From contig OZ316893.1 of the NCBI GenBank assembly GCA_973895155.1, positions 1,860,860-1,924,859 of the forward strand: a stretch of 64,000 nt of DNA. Direction: 5' to 3'. This stretch comes from Marsupella aquatica. Lineage: Eukaryota > Plantae > Marchantiophyta. The notes beneath the pieces are model-generated. The model saw only the letters and a list, made by a program, of their open reading frames with translations, was not told the DNA's origin and ran no database searches. The translations under genes were made by a program, and so were the position numbers. Shown here piece after piece: positions 50,101-63,387 of this stretch. Position 1 is the stretch's first letter; each line of letters starts with the position of its first letter.

Positions 50101-53100
50101 GTACAGTTCACTCATGGCACCTATGGCAACCTCATCCAATTCCTCTATACTTTTGAAGACACCCTCTGCATCCTTGACCCTACCAGCTTTCCCATAAGCC
50201 TGGATCAGCATGGTTTTGATATACTGGTTGGGTACAATGCCCAACTTTCCCATTTCAGCAAGAGCTGCCTCAGCATCTTCCGTTCTCCCAAGCTTACAAT
50301 AGTAATTGATTAGTGTGCCATAAAACTCCACATCTGGCTGGATATTATTGGCACGCATCTGAGTTAGAATCTTCTCCATCCCTTCTTGTCGACCATTTTT
50401 AGCATAAAGACTGATCAGATTACTGTACGCCACTATGTTTGCAGCCCCCTCCTGCTGCATCTTATCAAAGACACTTAAGGCTTTGGGGACATTACCCTCC
50501 CTAACATAGCAGTGAAGCAATGTATTCCAGGAGAACTCATTCATTCGAAGATTTTTATCTTGCACCTCCTCAAACAGTTCCAGTGCCTCCGCATACTTTC
50601 CTGCTTTTGCTCGGACATTGGCCATAGCTGTGTATGTCTTCACATCAGATAACAGATCCACTTGCTTCATCTCTTTGAAAATATCCTCCGCTTCATCATA
50701 TAATCCCACTTTTCCAAAGACCGTAATTATAGTGCTGTATATAACTTCGTCTGGTGGGCACCCATTCTTTCGCATCTCCGAGAAGATCTCTGCTGCACCC
50801 TTGAAGTCACCAGCTTTGCAGCAGATCTTTATCATTGTTGAGTATGTGTATTTATTCAAAGTGATGCCTTGCTTTTCCAAGTCCCTGAAAAGCTGTGATG
50901 CAGCCTCATACCGCCCCAGCTTACCCAGCACGTCCATGACCATGGTTGAACTAATTTCATCTGGGACATATCCGTTTTGCAGCATGATCTCAAATACTTG
51001 CACCACCTCGTCTAGCCTCCCCAGTTTTCTATAGATGTTAATCATCAAGGAAAAACAGTAAGGACCGGCCTCTAGTTGGAGCTCCACAAGATGTTCCCAG
51101 AGAATGGCTGCCTCTGAGAGACGCTCTGCATTGTTGAGACAAGACATCATTTTGGTAAAAGTGCCGACAGATGGTACAAGCTTTCGCTGCCTCATGGCCT
51201 TGTAGACTTCAAGCATCTCATCAAGCTTACCAAAACTTCCATAAGCCATAATAAGGGTGCAAAACGCAACTTCATCTGGTTCACAACCGAGTTCCAGCAT
51301 CTCGACCAGAGCTTTCTCTGCGAGTTTTAACTGCCTTGCCTCCGTATAAATTTGCAAAAGAATTGTGTAGGCAATGACACTAGGTGTGTATCTGATCTGG
51401 AGCTTCATCCACTCGAAAAATGTGCTCGCTAGCTTCCAATTGTGTTGCTCCTTCAGGATAATGCACATCTCACGGAAGGAGAGATGACCAGCAAACGGAC
51501 CCAACGTCTAGACAAATGATACAAAACGAATCAAACGATCAACCTTCTTGCTCAACTTGTATCCCACAGGTATCGTACTGAGACCTCACGTAGGCCACCA
51601 CAAAGCACACGACAGCGTCCAACATTTTGGAACTTGGACAAAGAAGATGAATTCTTTGGACAAGTTTTTTACTCCCTCGTAACAACGAATACATATATCA
51701 CAGACACTCACCGTTCGCATGGCCATGAGGTCAAAAGGATCGTTTGCCAATTGTTTGGTTAACTCAATTGCAGATGTCACATGCCGATTATATCTGAGAT
51801 CATGCACAGAACTTCAATTATAACAGTAAAACGCAAGCCTCAATACATATTATACATCCGCAAGTCAGGCAAATTCTGGATTGATATGTAACGAATTGTA
51901 GGTTTACCCTATCCACTCCGAAATGAAGAAGGGTTTTGCAGAATCTACAGAAGGGACTTTATTACGCTATGCAGACCGCCTCGGGGGTTTTCGCGCGGCA
52001 TCTCACAGCTCGGATAGAGTAGGATCCCAGATCCGTCTTTACTATCGAAAAACAACTGGGCTCCATATTCTCTGTCGAACACTCAATTTTATGGCGTGAT
52101 ATTCACAGTCTAAGAGAGAGAAGTAGCTCATTAACTCTGAGAATTTCACGATAAAAAGTTGTTGCTCCGGACATTATCTACATGAACGCTGAGGCATCAC
52201 AGATTGTTTGAATGCCAAACAGAAGCTCGGACCTCCTCACAAAGCGGAGAATCACAGCCTAGTGGTCGGATTCAATTAGCTTCGGGTGGTCATTATTCAA
52301 TTGGTTGAATGTTAGTCTTACGACGATGTTCTAGTTCACTTAATTGCCTCGCATTCTGTCGGGAGGTCATTCGATTTGTCTCACTACTATGTGATAACGG
52401 AAAGATGGAGGAAATGGAAGTCATAGAGCCTCTTCAAAATATTTTCTGTGAAACCGCCCTGTTTTAAACCCAGACCGCACCCCGGAAGAGAAAAACAAAC
52501 GTAAATTTTAATACCGACGAGCTCTTCAGACCACAATTGTTTCCGCCATTTTGACCCTGGTGATGTCGCCGGCAGCAGAATGAAGTATAAAATTGAGCGC
52601 ACCTTTGATTCCAACGCGATTGCCATCGTCCATCAGCTAGAAATTTCTCCATCTCCGCCGGCGTCCTCTTGAACCACCGATTTTCGCTAACGTATCTCGG
52701 ACCACGACGTTGTCGAAGATTTTTCTCCCAGCTTTCCCTCATCTTTACTAATCGCCGAGCGTTACTATCTGTGAGAGGTAGGCCTTCCCCTGGCCGCCTC
52801 CGATGATCAGGAGGATAGTCTTTCTCTCGTAACCATGCACCCAAATCAATTCCACCTTCTTCATTTGGAGTCTCATCTCTTACCGAAGACTTGTCCAACC
52901 AATGGCTATCAGAATCGAACGCGTACGTGCGCAAAGCAAGCGTCCGATCCGTTTCTTCAGCCACTGAATCGAGAACTGACCTAAAGGTATTCTGCTTTCG
53001 CATCTTGATCGGTCCTCTTCCAAAGCGTCCACCCCAAGGAAACCTTAAAATCAAAGAACGATTCCATTTCCCAGGATTCACACACCTTCTCCCAAACCAA

Positions 53101-53261
53101 GGCCCTTGACTGGACCTCCACTCCTTACATGTGACTACGACCAATTTCTCGACACTCTTGTGATTCGTGCAAGCATTTGCGCTCACGTGCAGGGGAAATT
53201 TTGTCAACCTCCTCCCGTGAAGCTCGCCGACGCGACTGCTTAGTAGGACAGTGGCCGCCAT
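47134..53261 (-). CDS. EMB976: P-class pentatricopeptide repeat protein, At5g27270/EMB976-like, probably plastid-targeted, ~1219 aa
   Basis: Exons 53261-52603, 51793-51712, 51507-50001, 49649-49344, 49009-48905, 48792-48705, 48453-48332, 48063-47999, 47859-47134. It has many 35-aa PPR motifs. The diagnostic block HVTSAI...LSFREMCIILKEQ.NW...FFEWMKLQ.RY.PSVIAYTILL matches EMB976 as recalled. No E/DYW domain. Confidence 0.9.
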
Positions 53262-53625
53262 GGCTTGTGATCGCTCGCCACACTACCTAGTCCCATAGTT
53301 CCATGAACAGAGCGGATTTGTCAATTACAATCACCACACGTAAGTCGGAATCTCGACCTTCGAAGTTCCTCCATCGCCGAAATTACCGAGCTAGAGCACC
53401 GAGCTCACACAATTCGCGAAATGCTGATTTGCATACAGAAATTGAATTCTCTCTCGAGCATCTTCCAAGCCTTCTAAGAATCTAAGTTCTGTGAAATTTC
53501 GAAGCTCGGCCTCCGCAGCCGATGTGCGAACATGAGCCCTTTACTGCAGATGAACAGAATCTCGAAGAAGTGGCAGAGAACAGCAGAAACTCTTCTGAGT
53601 TCTAGTCACCAGACTGTGCCTCTGC

Positions 53626-54250
53626 AATTACATGTAAAGTACTTACATGGGTTGTGCTTGTGTAATATAAAGTAAAGTACTTACATGGGTTGTGCTTGTG
53701 TAATGTAAAGTATAGTACTTCGACAGGATTGTGCTTGTGTAGTTCAAAGTATAGTACTTCCAAAGGATTGTGCTTGTGCAATGTAAAGTAAAGTACTTCC
53801 AAAGGATTGTGCTTGTGTAAGTGAAGTATAGTACTTCCACAGGATTGTGCTTGTGTAATGTAAAGTAAAGTACTTCCAAGGGTTGTGCTTTGTGTAATGT
53901 GAAGTACATCATTTTCACAAGACCACATGATGGCAGAAAACCCTAAACCCTAATCCTTGACCTTCATAACCTACACTAGTTTCACAAGGAGTGTTTTGTC
54001 TGACCCACACATCACCCACATATGCCTCTGCAATCCCATCGGGGTTGTGTTTGTATAATGTAAAGTACTTACTTGGGTTGTGGTGAAAGTAAAGTAAAGT
54101 ACTTGCAAGGGGTGTGCTTACGTAATGTAAAGTACATTGTTTTCACAAGACCACATGATGGCCAAACACATTAAACCCTAACCCCTGACCTTCATACCCT
54201 ACAGTAGTCTCACAAAGAGTTTTTTCTTTGGCCCACACATCACCCATCGC
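53626..54250. repeat. ~40-bp minisatellite plus ~230-bp duplication upstream of the PPR gene
   Basis: gtaaagtacttccaaaggattgtgcttgtgtaat about 7 times. ttttcacaagaccacatgatgg...aaaccctaa..cc.tgaccttcata...cccacacatcaccca x2. Confidence 0.9.
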
Positions 54251-54899
54251 TGATACTCAAGGCTGTTTAGTTTTTTCGTTGTTGCATTCTTTCTTCTTTT
54301 TTTTCTTTTTCTTTTTTAGGGGAGCGGGACCAAGGTGCGTCGCTGAGCGGAAGGTGAAGTTTTTCTACCATGAACAACAGACATAAAGAGCACAAATTCG
54401 TGGATACACTCCGTGTCATTACCAAAGCCTAGTGGCACTGAGAATTAACAATGGTGTTGGGTAATCAACTTCTCACGTCAGTGCAAAATTATCAAACATT
54501 CTCTGTAATACTACGCCATATCAAATATGTGGTAATCTCCTCTACATTACGATTAGTGAAGGTGCCTTGCACCTGTCACAGTTTGAGAGTAGACCTGTTT
54601 TGCACATGTTTTGTGGCCACCACTGTGAAAACTTCTACACTACAAGTAGTTTGCAACAGTGCAAATTGCACATAGAGTTCCGATCGATCCAGCTTTCGGC
54701 TATTACCAGCATCAGCACCTGTGATCAAGAATAGAAGGTTCTCCGCCAAAATGATGGCTCCAGCTTTGGAAGACGACCAGAATCTGCACCAGTAATGAGC
54801 AAAAATAGAACGTTCATTACCAGGAAATGCATCACACTAAAGGAGCTGTTGATATAGTTGTCCTTACAATGGGTGAGGTCACTCCGCTGACATGAGCAT

Positions 54900-57130
54900 T
54901 TCTGAAATCAGCAATCATTCACAGAGTGGAGCCAGATTCCTCTATGTAGGCAATCCACACCCTACCATCTTTGCATGCCCAGTTGGAAGTGTAAGTGGGA
55001 GGGCACTCCTGCCTGAAGGTACTAGTACCCTTGCTAGGAAACTTCAAATCCACTGAACATCCTGGCAGTGGAGGAAATTTCTCTGCTTGGCCGAGTATCT
55101 CCTTAACAGAGCTTTCTGTGTCCACGATCCATCGGGCACTGAAAGAGATTCCTGTCAAGTTTGGCATTCCCTCATGCAAAGCTTTTAATTTCTTATGGCA
55201 CGTTTAGCACTGAAGGACATGTCTGAGCTGAGTAAATCAGTAAAGCTCTGGGGCAGTTGATATGCATGGTAAATTGTGCCTTGCAGGACACCGGTGCAAA
55301 TCACTGGAACTCTGGAGCTGTTAATATCCATCGGTACATTATGCATTCTAGTAACTTCCTTTGCCACTGTAAGATTTCGGCATTTCTCCAGAGGATGAGA
55401 CTGTTACTATATGTCAAAAATTGGATGAGAGTTTTCAGTCGAGACCGGTTTGACCAACTGGATCCTTGGACGGCACGCGACAGGAGGGTCGTCCACACTC
55501 ATAAGGAATACGCATGCCCAAAGCCTCCAGCAAGAAGCTTTGCATGGAATTTTTTAGGACTGTCTATGTTGTGCAGCCAGAGCTCCAAGCCTTTCATCTA
55601 GAAGGGTCCACTTGAGCCATAAGCATCACCACTGGAGGTTCCATACTTCGATTGCTGTTCTGTCTTTGAACTGATTGGGTGACAATCAAACGTGGGGGGC
55701 CTCATGAGACGGATCCTCGTGGTGAAACAGTTCAGCAGGACAGCATTGAGGGTTAGGGAAAGACAAGTGTGAGCACTGAACGTTCCATACTTCGTGTTGG
55801 TCTCTTGGCTGCAAGAGGACAATCGAAGCTGTTGTACATAAAAGACACTTGAGAGATAAATGCACGATTCCACAAATGAAAAACCATACTACTTACATTG
55901 AATGCACAGAACAGATGTTCACCAGGTAAGTGCGATGCACGAGAAGATGAATCTGCGTATTTGGGAAGCGTTAGCAGTGTATGATTGATCTGGTAGGCTA
56001 CAGAAATAATACTGCAACGGTCTAAGGCAATTTCAAGGTCTGACGACTCTTTTACTTCTTCAAGCTTGATTCGAGCTTGGACAAAAACCAAGTGAAACAA
56101 GGTTTTCGTACTGCATTCAATATTTCTTTAACCTCACAGAGAATTTGAGGAAGCTTCTACTACTTAAAAACCAGTTATCTGCTAGAGAAAAATATTGAAT
56201 CCTGAAAAGATCCCTTCACCGATGAACAAAATACACAGCCCAAACCGGGTGAGTAGGATTCGTTCATTGAAACAGTTAACTTTTCGTACGACATAGATGA
56301 CAGAACGAATGTAGAGAACTTAATCGTTGACATATATCTGTGTCCCAAGCGTAGTCCACAATAAGGATGGCCAAAGTTAGATTTAAGAGACTTACATCTA
56401 CGAGATTCATTCGTAGAACTCTCCGAATGGATGTTAAGTGTTCACTACATCTGAATTACAACCCGATGGATATGTTTTGAGATTTTAGGCCATATATCCG
56501 TATGATTCACTCACGTTCTTTTATGACCAAAGTTACAATTGATAGACGCGCACCATGCCAATACTGAATTGTGTTGCACCATTTGACACGGTAACAAAGG
56601 GTCCCGAACTGCAAGTGACAAAACGCAGTACGAGCTATGGTACAAGGTACCCTAAAGGGTAACAAACTAAAGCGCTAAGCTCCACCAGACTGAACTGACA
56701 TCATCACAGGTACGTGCAGGTGGAAATTCACCGGCCCAAGAAACAGGTTCAACCTCAAAGCCCTTTTGTCTGGAAACTTATAACTCATCCCAGTTCAAAG
56801 AACGCGCCAAATTATCACTTGAACTATTTTCGTTGCGATTAAGCATTGTTGTCAACTAGGACGGCAGACCAGCAGAAGGAAGATGATACCAGAACAGTTG
56901 AGCTACTTCTCATTGGCTTTGAGGTTGCGGGCATGACTAAGAAAAGTGTCATAGACCTCCCCTGCACAGAAACTTGTATACATGCTTTCTAGATCCTGCT
57001 GAAGCTCCAATTTCAAAAAGGTCAGATTGCACAGCGTACATGAAAATTGATGAAGACCCGTCCAAGTAATGACAGAAGAGTAAAGTACAGCAGGACCTGT
57101 AAGTAAAATAGGACGGTCATCCAACCTTCA
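54900..57130 (-). pseudogene. Fragmented coding relic, possibly F-box/LRR-like
   Basis: Broken minus-strand frames with LRR-like spacing (VITWTGLHQFSCTLCNLTFLKLEL; LEIALDRCSII; LSLTLNAVLLNCFTTRIRLMRP), with many stops and frameshifts. Part of it is duplicated at 46690-46985. Confidence 0.35.
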
Positions 57131-57416
57131 TTCCTTCAACGCCCGTCAGTCTGCAATAAGACAGATCTAGTTCTGAATTCGACAAAATTTGTAGTGGTCA
57201 TATGGTGAACTTAAACATGATCTCCGATTGGGCGATGAGGATTGCTTGCTTGTACCCATGGCTACTCTCCTACCTGCTGCATAAAGGTGCACCCTTGCAG
57301 ACATAATCCTATCTAATGATTACTGATCAAGCCCTTGACGTTACAAAAATTAAGAGACAACCAGAAAAATGCCCAGATAGAGACGGCGTTGAGAGTCTAG
57401 CGCTCTGAGACATCAT

Positions 57417-57622
57417 CCTCACTGCTGTTGTTGATTTTGTTGGTGGGAGCATGGGGAGGAGGCATACCAGGTCTTGGTAGCCCACAGGCAGGAGGACCAC
57501 TATACATACCAGGAGGCGACCTCACTGCTGTTGTTGATTTTGTTGGGGGGGTGCAGGGGGAGGAGGCATACCAGGTCTTGGTGGCCCACCGGCAGGAGGA
57601 CCACTGTACATACCAGGAGGCG
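57417..57622 (-). repeat. 103-bp tandem duplication of the SmB CDS 3' end including its stop codon
   Basis: 57520-57622 (coding) is copied at 57417-57518 with a few substitutions and a 1-nt deletion. Confidence 0.9.
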
Positions 57623-58511
57623 GTGGCATGCCACGACCAGCTGGTGGCATTCCAGGGCGAGGCGGACCTCCCATGCCGGGAGGTGGAGGAGGTCCTCGCA
57701 TCATCTGGGGAGGAGGTCCCATTGGCCTCTGCCCATAAGCTCCTGGAGGTGGCATACCTGGTCCTCCCGGGGGCATTCCACCGGGGGGTCCTCCCATTTG
57801 CCCCATTGGTGCCCCTCCTGGAGGTGGTGGCATTCCCGGCCGTGGTGCGTATTGAGGAGGAGCACCAGGTGGCTGCATTTGCCTCGGAGGTCCTCCAAAC
57901 GGCCCGCCTGGGGGAGGAGGTCCTGGAGGTGCTTGCATTGGTCGAGGAGGACCACCGAACTGACTACCTGGAGGAGGAGGGCCTGGAGGTCTAGCTACTT
58001 GCACTCCTGGAGTCCCTGCAGGCGGTGCAGAATAGCTCACAGGGCCGGCCGAAACTTGTGGAACAGGAGGCCGATTCAGCTGAGGTTGCATCATTCCGGG
58101 TGCTGGTCCTCCCACCCCCCTCACCGGGCCCGCTAGGCCGGGCTGTGCTTGTCCAATTGGAGTTGTCGGAATGCCACGCCCTGCTGCACGACCTACGCCT
58201 GGCCCAGATTGTGCAGCTGCTGCTGCCTTTGCCCTCGACTCTTCTTGTGGCGGAGGACCTTCTACTGTCATCGACACCACTTCCTCTCCTCTCAGCAAAA
58301 GAAGTCCAAGCGTTCTACGCTCCTCCCTCTCCTCCTGCGTCTTCCCTTTCTTGGGAGGCAGTCGACGAAATTCCTCGCAGTCGCCGAGCACCAAATTCAT
58401 GTGACGATCGAACGCCATGAACTTCCCCACCAGTTGCCGTCCATCTTGGATAGTCACTCGCATTCGGTAATTAATATATTGCAACAACTTCGAGCTCTTC
58501 GACATCGACAT
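57522..58511 (-). CDS. SmB: Small nuclear ribonucleoprotein-associated protein B (SmB), 329 aa
   Basis: [49 protein letters not shown] Sm domain, GRAAGRG, and a Pro/Gly/Met-rich tail. Single exon. Confidence 0.98.
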   Translation of the reverse strand: MSMSKSSKLLQYINYRMRVTIQDGRQLVGKFMAFDRHMNLVLGDCEEFRRLPPKKGKTQEEREERRTLGLLLLRGEEVVSMTVEGPPPQEESRAKAAAAAQSGPGVGRAAGRGIPTTPIGQAQPGLAGPVRGVGGPAPGMMQPQLNRPPVPQVSAGPVSYSAPPAGTPGVQVARPPGPPPPGSQFGGPPRPMQAPPGPPPPGGPFGGPPRQMQPPGAPPQYAPRPGMPPPPGGAPMGQMGGPPGGMPPGGPGMPPPGAYGQRPMGPPPQMMRGPPPPPGMGGPPRPGMPPAGRGMPPPPGMYSGPPAGGPPRPGMPPPPAPPQQNQQQQ

Positions 58512-58559
58512 CTTGGCGAGCTTCTCCTGCCACCACCTTTTCTCGCTCTACGAGCTTCT

Positions 58560-58854
58560 AAACCCTAACTCTAAAAACACCTAAAACCACCTAAAACCAC
58601 CTCTCGGGACGTACCGAGAACGCTGCGATCACACGTCCAGAACCTGCTCGCTCGCTTCTTCGACAAATCTTCACAGCATCACGGACTCACGGATTCCGTC
58701 TCCTTCCCTGCTCTGCTCTGCTCTGCTCTGCCCTGCCTCCACAAAACGTCGAGGCACACAAGTCATGGCCGACACGCGACGCTGAGCTAATCTTCGCAAA
58801 GACTCCTTTCGCTCAGAAACGGCTCTCTCGACTCCCGCCTCGTGAAAATGGGCC
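58560..58854. promoter_or_regulatory. Telo-box (AAACCCTAA, 58560-58568) and site II element (TGGGCC, 58849-58854) upstream of SmB
   Basis: Both motifs are seen directly. The telo-box/site II pair is typical of plant translation and RNA-processing gene promoters. Confidence 0.55.
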
Positions 58855-60280
58855 CTGCGATACGAGACAAGAGCACCAGAGCCCAGTCTGTCGACCCCAT
58901 CACACAAAACTTAATAATCGGTCCCGCCTCTACACTACACTACTCTGGAGAACATAATGTGCTCCCACATCATAATATCTCAAGTATTATGGGAATTCCC
59001 CTAAAAATTATAGGAGCCATCTTAAGCTACCATAAGGAAAACCCAGGGTTCAACACTTGACGCGGAATTTTTTTTGTAACTTTAGACTAAACTCCGGAAC
59101 TTAGACAAACCACAATTGAAGACAAGTGGGATTTGCTTCTAACGTGGTGATTGCTGCTGCATTTGAAATGACTACTGATCAAAAATTGAGGAAAAAATAA
59201 TATATGCTATGAGACAGATGAGACCGTAACTCCTACCTTATGGGGCTGGTCAGTGTTACCTCCCCCCCCATTTGTTAAACTTTATAACTGGCTCCCATAA
59301 CCAGAGTTATGGGATATATCACTAAGCCCACTACACATAGGCTGTTTGGTTTCCTTGGGCCTCTACACTACTACCACTTTGGCCCTTTGGTGTTTTTAGG
59401 GTTTATTTCCCCTCTTTTCTCCCCTTTATTGGGTGCTTTGGGATCCTCGGTATACACTAATGTTCTGATTTTCCTTCCCCCTTACTATTGGGTGCTTTGG
59501 GATCCTCTGTATACACTAATGTCCTGATTACTGGGCAGGGCATTGTGGGATAGTCTAATTGGGGTCACTACACTACACTACACTACACTTTGGCTCTTTG
59601 GTGTTCTTGGGTTTTCCCTTGAGTTCTTTTCTCCCCTTTATTGGGTGCTTTGGTATCCTGTATGTCACACTAATGTCCTGATTACAAGGCAGGGCATTAT
59701 GGGATACTTAGTCTTAATCCGTCCCACCTCTACACTACACTTTGGCCCTTTGGTGTTCTTGGGTTTCCCCTTCTTTCGCCCATTTGTTGCGTGCTTTGGG
59801 ATCCTCTGTATACACTAAGAGCATCTCCAACGGTTTGGAGATTTGTGGCCCCTATCCCCATCATATGGCAGGTGAAATGGCGCCTGCCAAAATGGAGAGT
59901 CACCCTACTTTAACGCAATCCCCAACGGCAACACCCCATTCTGACCTCCATCCCATATGTGCGCGTACAAACTGGGGCCCACAGCTGTGGGGAGGATTCT
60001 CACACACGTTGGATTCATTTTGGTGTGAAGTGAACCCTCTGTTTCTTGCAGAGCTCGACTCCTCACGAGACCTCGACTCACGTTTCGACGCAACAGAGGT
60101 TCCGTCGTAGAATGCATGTCGATCGTGCAACTTCATTTATTTTTTTCAAGTGATTTGTGTTGTGTGCTCGCCCTTGCTGCCGCCTTCGCTTTCATGCGAC
60201 CATGACCTTCATCCATTTTGATCGGGATAATTTGAAGTAGTGCTGACAAGCCTGGATTGCACATTGATCATCTGTTCAGA

Positions 60281-61590
60281 ATGGACCTCGAAAGATGGCT
60301 GGCGGATCTCAACGAAGAATTGGACGAGGAGGCGGCGGATTGTGATGAGGAACAAAGATTTTGGGAGTTGATAATGTTCAGTGGACCCCTTTCCATTCCA
60401 AATATTGGCCAGCACTCTAGGAACAGAAAGCACGGAGGGTCTAGGCCAGGCAGAAGTGAGAATGTCGAGAGGCGCAGAGAAAAAGGGGCAGACGACCTAT
60501 GGATGACTACTTTTCTGATGCACCAACCTATGATGAATTAAAATTCAGAAGGAGATTCAGAATGAGCAGTAGTTTGTTTAACAAGATTCTTGTTGATGTC
60601 TGTGCACACGACACTTATTTTTGTCGCAAGGTTGATGCTGCAGGGAAAGTAGGATTGTCTCCACATCAAAAGTTGACAGCAGCATTGAGGCAATTAGCTT
60701 ATGGACTTGGAGCAGATGCTTTGGATGAGTATTGTAGAATTGCTGAAAGCACAGCACTGGAGTCTTTGTATCGCTTTGTCAAAGCCATCAGAGAGTTGTA
60801 TGAGGGTCACTGTTTGAGGAAGCCAACAACTGAAGATTTTGAAAGACACCTTCAAATTAATGCAGAGCAAGGTTTTCCAGGTATGTTTGGTTCATTGGAT
60901 TGCATGCGTTGGGCATGGAAGAATTGTCCTGTTGCTTGGCAAGGCCAATACAGTGACAAGGATAGAAACAAATCCATCATATTGGAAGCAATTGTTGATC
61001 AAGAATTGTGGGTTTGGCATGCCTTTTTTGGGCTGGCTGGGGGACATAATGCCCTGAATGTGCTTGACCGATCACCACTTCTAAATGAATGGTTGCATAA
61101 TGATTCGGCCAATGTCAATTTCCATGTCAATGGTACAGAGTACAAACAAGCTTATCTGCTGGTGGATGGAATTTATCCAGAGTGGTCCATGTTCATATCC
61201 ACTGTGCACATGCCACAGTCTGATCAGTTGAAGCATTTTGCAAGATGTCAGGAGGCAGCAAGAAAAGATGTGGAGAGGGCATTTGGGGTCCTCCAAGCTA
61301 GATTTGAGATAGTGAGGAGGCCTGCCAGGTCTTGGTACGAAAAGAACATTGTAAATATTTTGCTTGCTTGTGTCATCCTCCACAATATGATTGTTGAGGA
61401 TGAGAGAGATGAGAATTTTCCTCCATATTTAAGGGTTCCTGCAGCAAGAGTGAATAGGGGAAATCTGCCATGGCTGGAGTTCCTTGCTACAACAGCTGAA
61501 ATTAACAACAAGGCTAACCATTTTTGACTGAGAAATGACATTGTTGATCACCTTTGGAATAGAAAGGGGTCTGATCTTTCTGATCACTGA
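60281..61590 (+). pseudogene. PIF/Harbinger DDE transposase (HARBI1/ALP1-like), disrupted
   Basis: Motifs FRRRFRM, LSPHQKLTAALRQLAYG, GFPGMFGSLDC..W.WKNCP.AWQGQY, YLLVDGIYP, RKDVERAFGVLQARF, ACVILHNMIVEDE. Frameshift near 60500. Premature TGA at 61525-61527, after which the frame continues LRNDIVDHLW to a stop at 61590. Confidence 0.9.
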
Positions 61591-62907
61591 AATTCAGGTG
61601 AGTCTTTGGAGTTTTTCTTGCACAACCCTGCATTTATTTTCTTAAATGAAACACACGAGTACTACCTTGGGACTTGAGGGTACCAAGTCACAGGTCTGAA
61701 TTGAGTGATGATGTCATGGTAGACAGAGTACATTTGACTTGCTTCCACCTTGACTGAACTTCAATCCATGTATTTGGAAGTTCAGGAAACTTGGGAGATA
61801 CTGTTGAGGCAGGTACATGAAACTTGGGAGAAACTCGGGAATTGAACCTGTAGGCCCAATTTGAAGCTCTCAAATTGTTTTGGTGCTTGACTTTGTGGTC
61901 CAGAGGACGTACCCACAATTTTTTGATTATTAGCATTGCAAGGAGGCAATCAAACATGGAAGAGCAGAAGAAGAATGGCAAACCATGGGCACCTCCAGCA
62001 AAGGTGACAGGAAAGGAGGCAAGCAAGAAAGCACCATTGGAGATGAAGCTCATGGAGTTTGAGCCCAAAAATTCTCTGGAGGCTCAAGTTATGACAGAGA
62101 TGGAGGATACTAATGATGATGATGCACTTTCGGACTGTCTCAGCACCAACCAATCTACCTCGAGTGATGATTGCTATGTGGTTTTCACAAAGCCACCCCC
62201 TAGCCCAAAGCGCAAACCACCGAAGCGTAAATCTAGGGTTTCATAATGATTTTCGGAAAGCTTCAGTGACCAATTTGGCAATTAGCAGCTTTAGCAATTA
62301 GCAAGCTAAGACCAATTTTAGGGTCTAGGCAGGCCGTTTTGTCCAAGACTTTGTCCAAGCAGGTTGTAGGGGAAGACTCGGAATGGCTCGTAGCTTGGCC
62401 GTATGGAACATGAAGCCGTGGCCTCCAATTTTGTAAACCTTATTATATTTATTGAAACTTTTTTGATTCAAATTGCCGTAGAGAACATTTCTTAGCTTCT
62501 GGAAATCTGTTTTCTCGTCTTTGCTCTTGGGCTTTTTGTAACTTTCACTCAGATTTTACGTAATGTTCTGTGATACCTGAGTTTCTGACCTCGCATATAC
62601 AGGTTCAGAAGCTCAAGCTTGACACTGAAAGGTGGCTATTTCATCTGTTTTCATGTCAATGTACTTCTATCCAAGCCAATCAAAAATGTCCAGACTACAA
62701 CTATTTACGAATTGCTTAGTTAGCATCTCTAGGCCTTGAGAACGCAATTTTCTTTCTTGTAGGGCAATGGTCGAATTATATGTGAATCCTCACTTTGTGG
62801 ATTTGCAATCTGGAATGTTTCGTGCAACACTTGAATCACTTTTATTAATCAATGTGCAAACATAGATCTTAGCATTCATCGAGATTGATCGAGTGATGCC
62901 CACGGCA

Positions 62908-63387
62908 CTACAATTGGCTAGCTAACAATCCCTGGAAAGAAAATCTAGGTGCACATGGCTGCAATTCTGCTTCAAAATCTACATGGTCTACTGCTATGCC
63001 TATGTTTTCATTCTGGTCAGTTGTGCTATCATCAAAAACAAGATCGTCAACCCTGGTCTCTAGAAAATTAGGAAGTGGATTCTGTGCAGGTTCCGTAGTT
63101 TGCATCCGAGCTTTGAGTTTTTTGGCCTCTTCTAACTTCCATTGTCTTACGTAATCACGGAGCTCTGGTTCCATGTTGTCTGTAGGCAATGTAAGCAGCT
63201 TCATCAGTGAATTGTTTTGCAATGTCTTGACCCGATCACGATTCTCGTAATGCTCAGTCACCCGGTCCCAAAATCTCTCTGCTCTTTGTCCTGCACCAAT
63301 GCAAGGATCTTGGGACACATGGAGTACACTGTAGCATAATTTTTTGAGCTCCTCTGGACCGTAATTTTTCCCACGACTTGCTGCCAT
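62908..63387 (-). CDS. Harbinger ORF2, Myb/SANT-like DNA-binding protein, apparently internally deleted (159 aa)
   Basis: MAASRGKNYGPEELKKLCYSVLHVSQDPCIGAGQRAERFWDRVTEHY is the typical N-terminus. It joins directly to the C-terminal-like LLTLPTDNMEPELRDYV. Confidence 0.7.
   Translation of the reverse strand: MAASRGKNYGPEELKKLCYSVLHVSQDPCIGAGQRAERFWDRVTEHYENRDRVKTLQNNSLMKLLTLPTDNMEPELRDYVRQWKLEEAKKLKARMQTTEPAQNPLPNFLETRVDDLVFDDSTTDQNENIGIAVDHVDFEAELQPCAPRFSFQGLLASQL

Noticed and set aside
57428-58568. Several long plus-strand ORFs
   Set aside because: Antisense shadows of the GC-rich Pro/Gly codons of SmB.
61525-61527. Transposase stop repaired by U-to-C RNA editing
   Set aside because: Such editing is organellar and this is nuclear DNA. 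A CGA>TGA deamination is simpler, and other lesions coexist.
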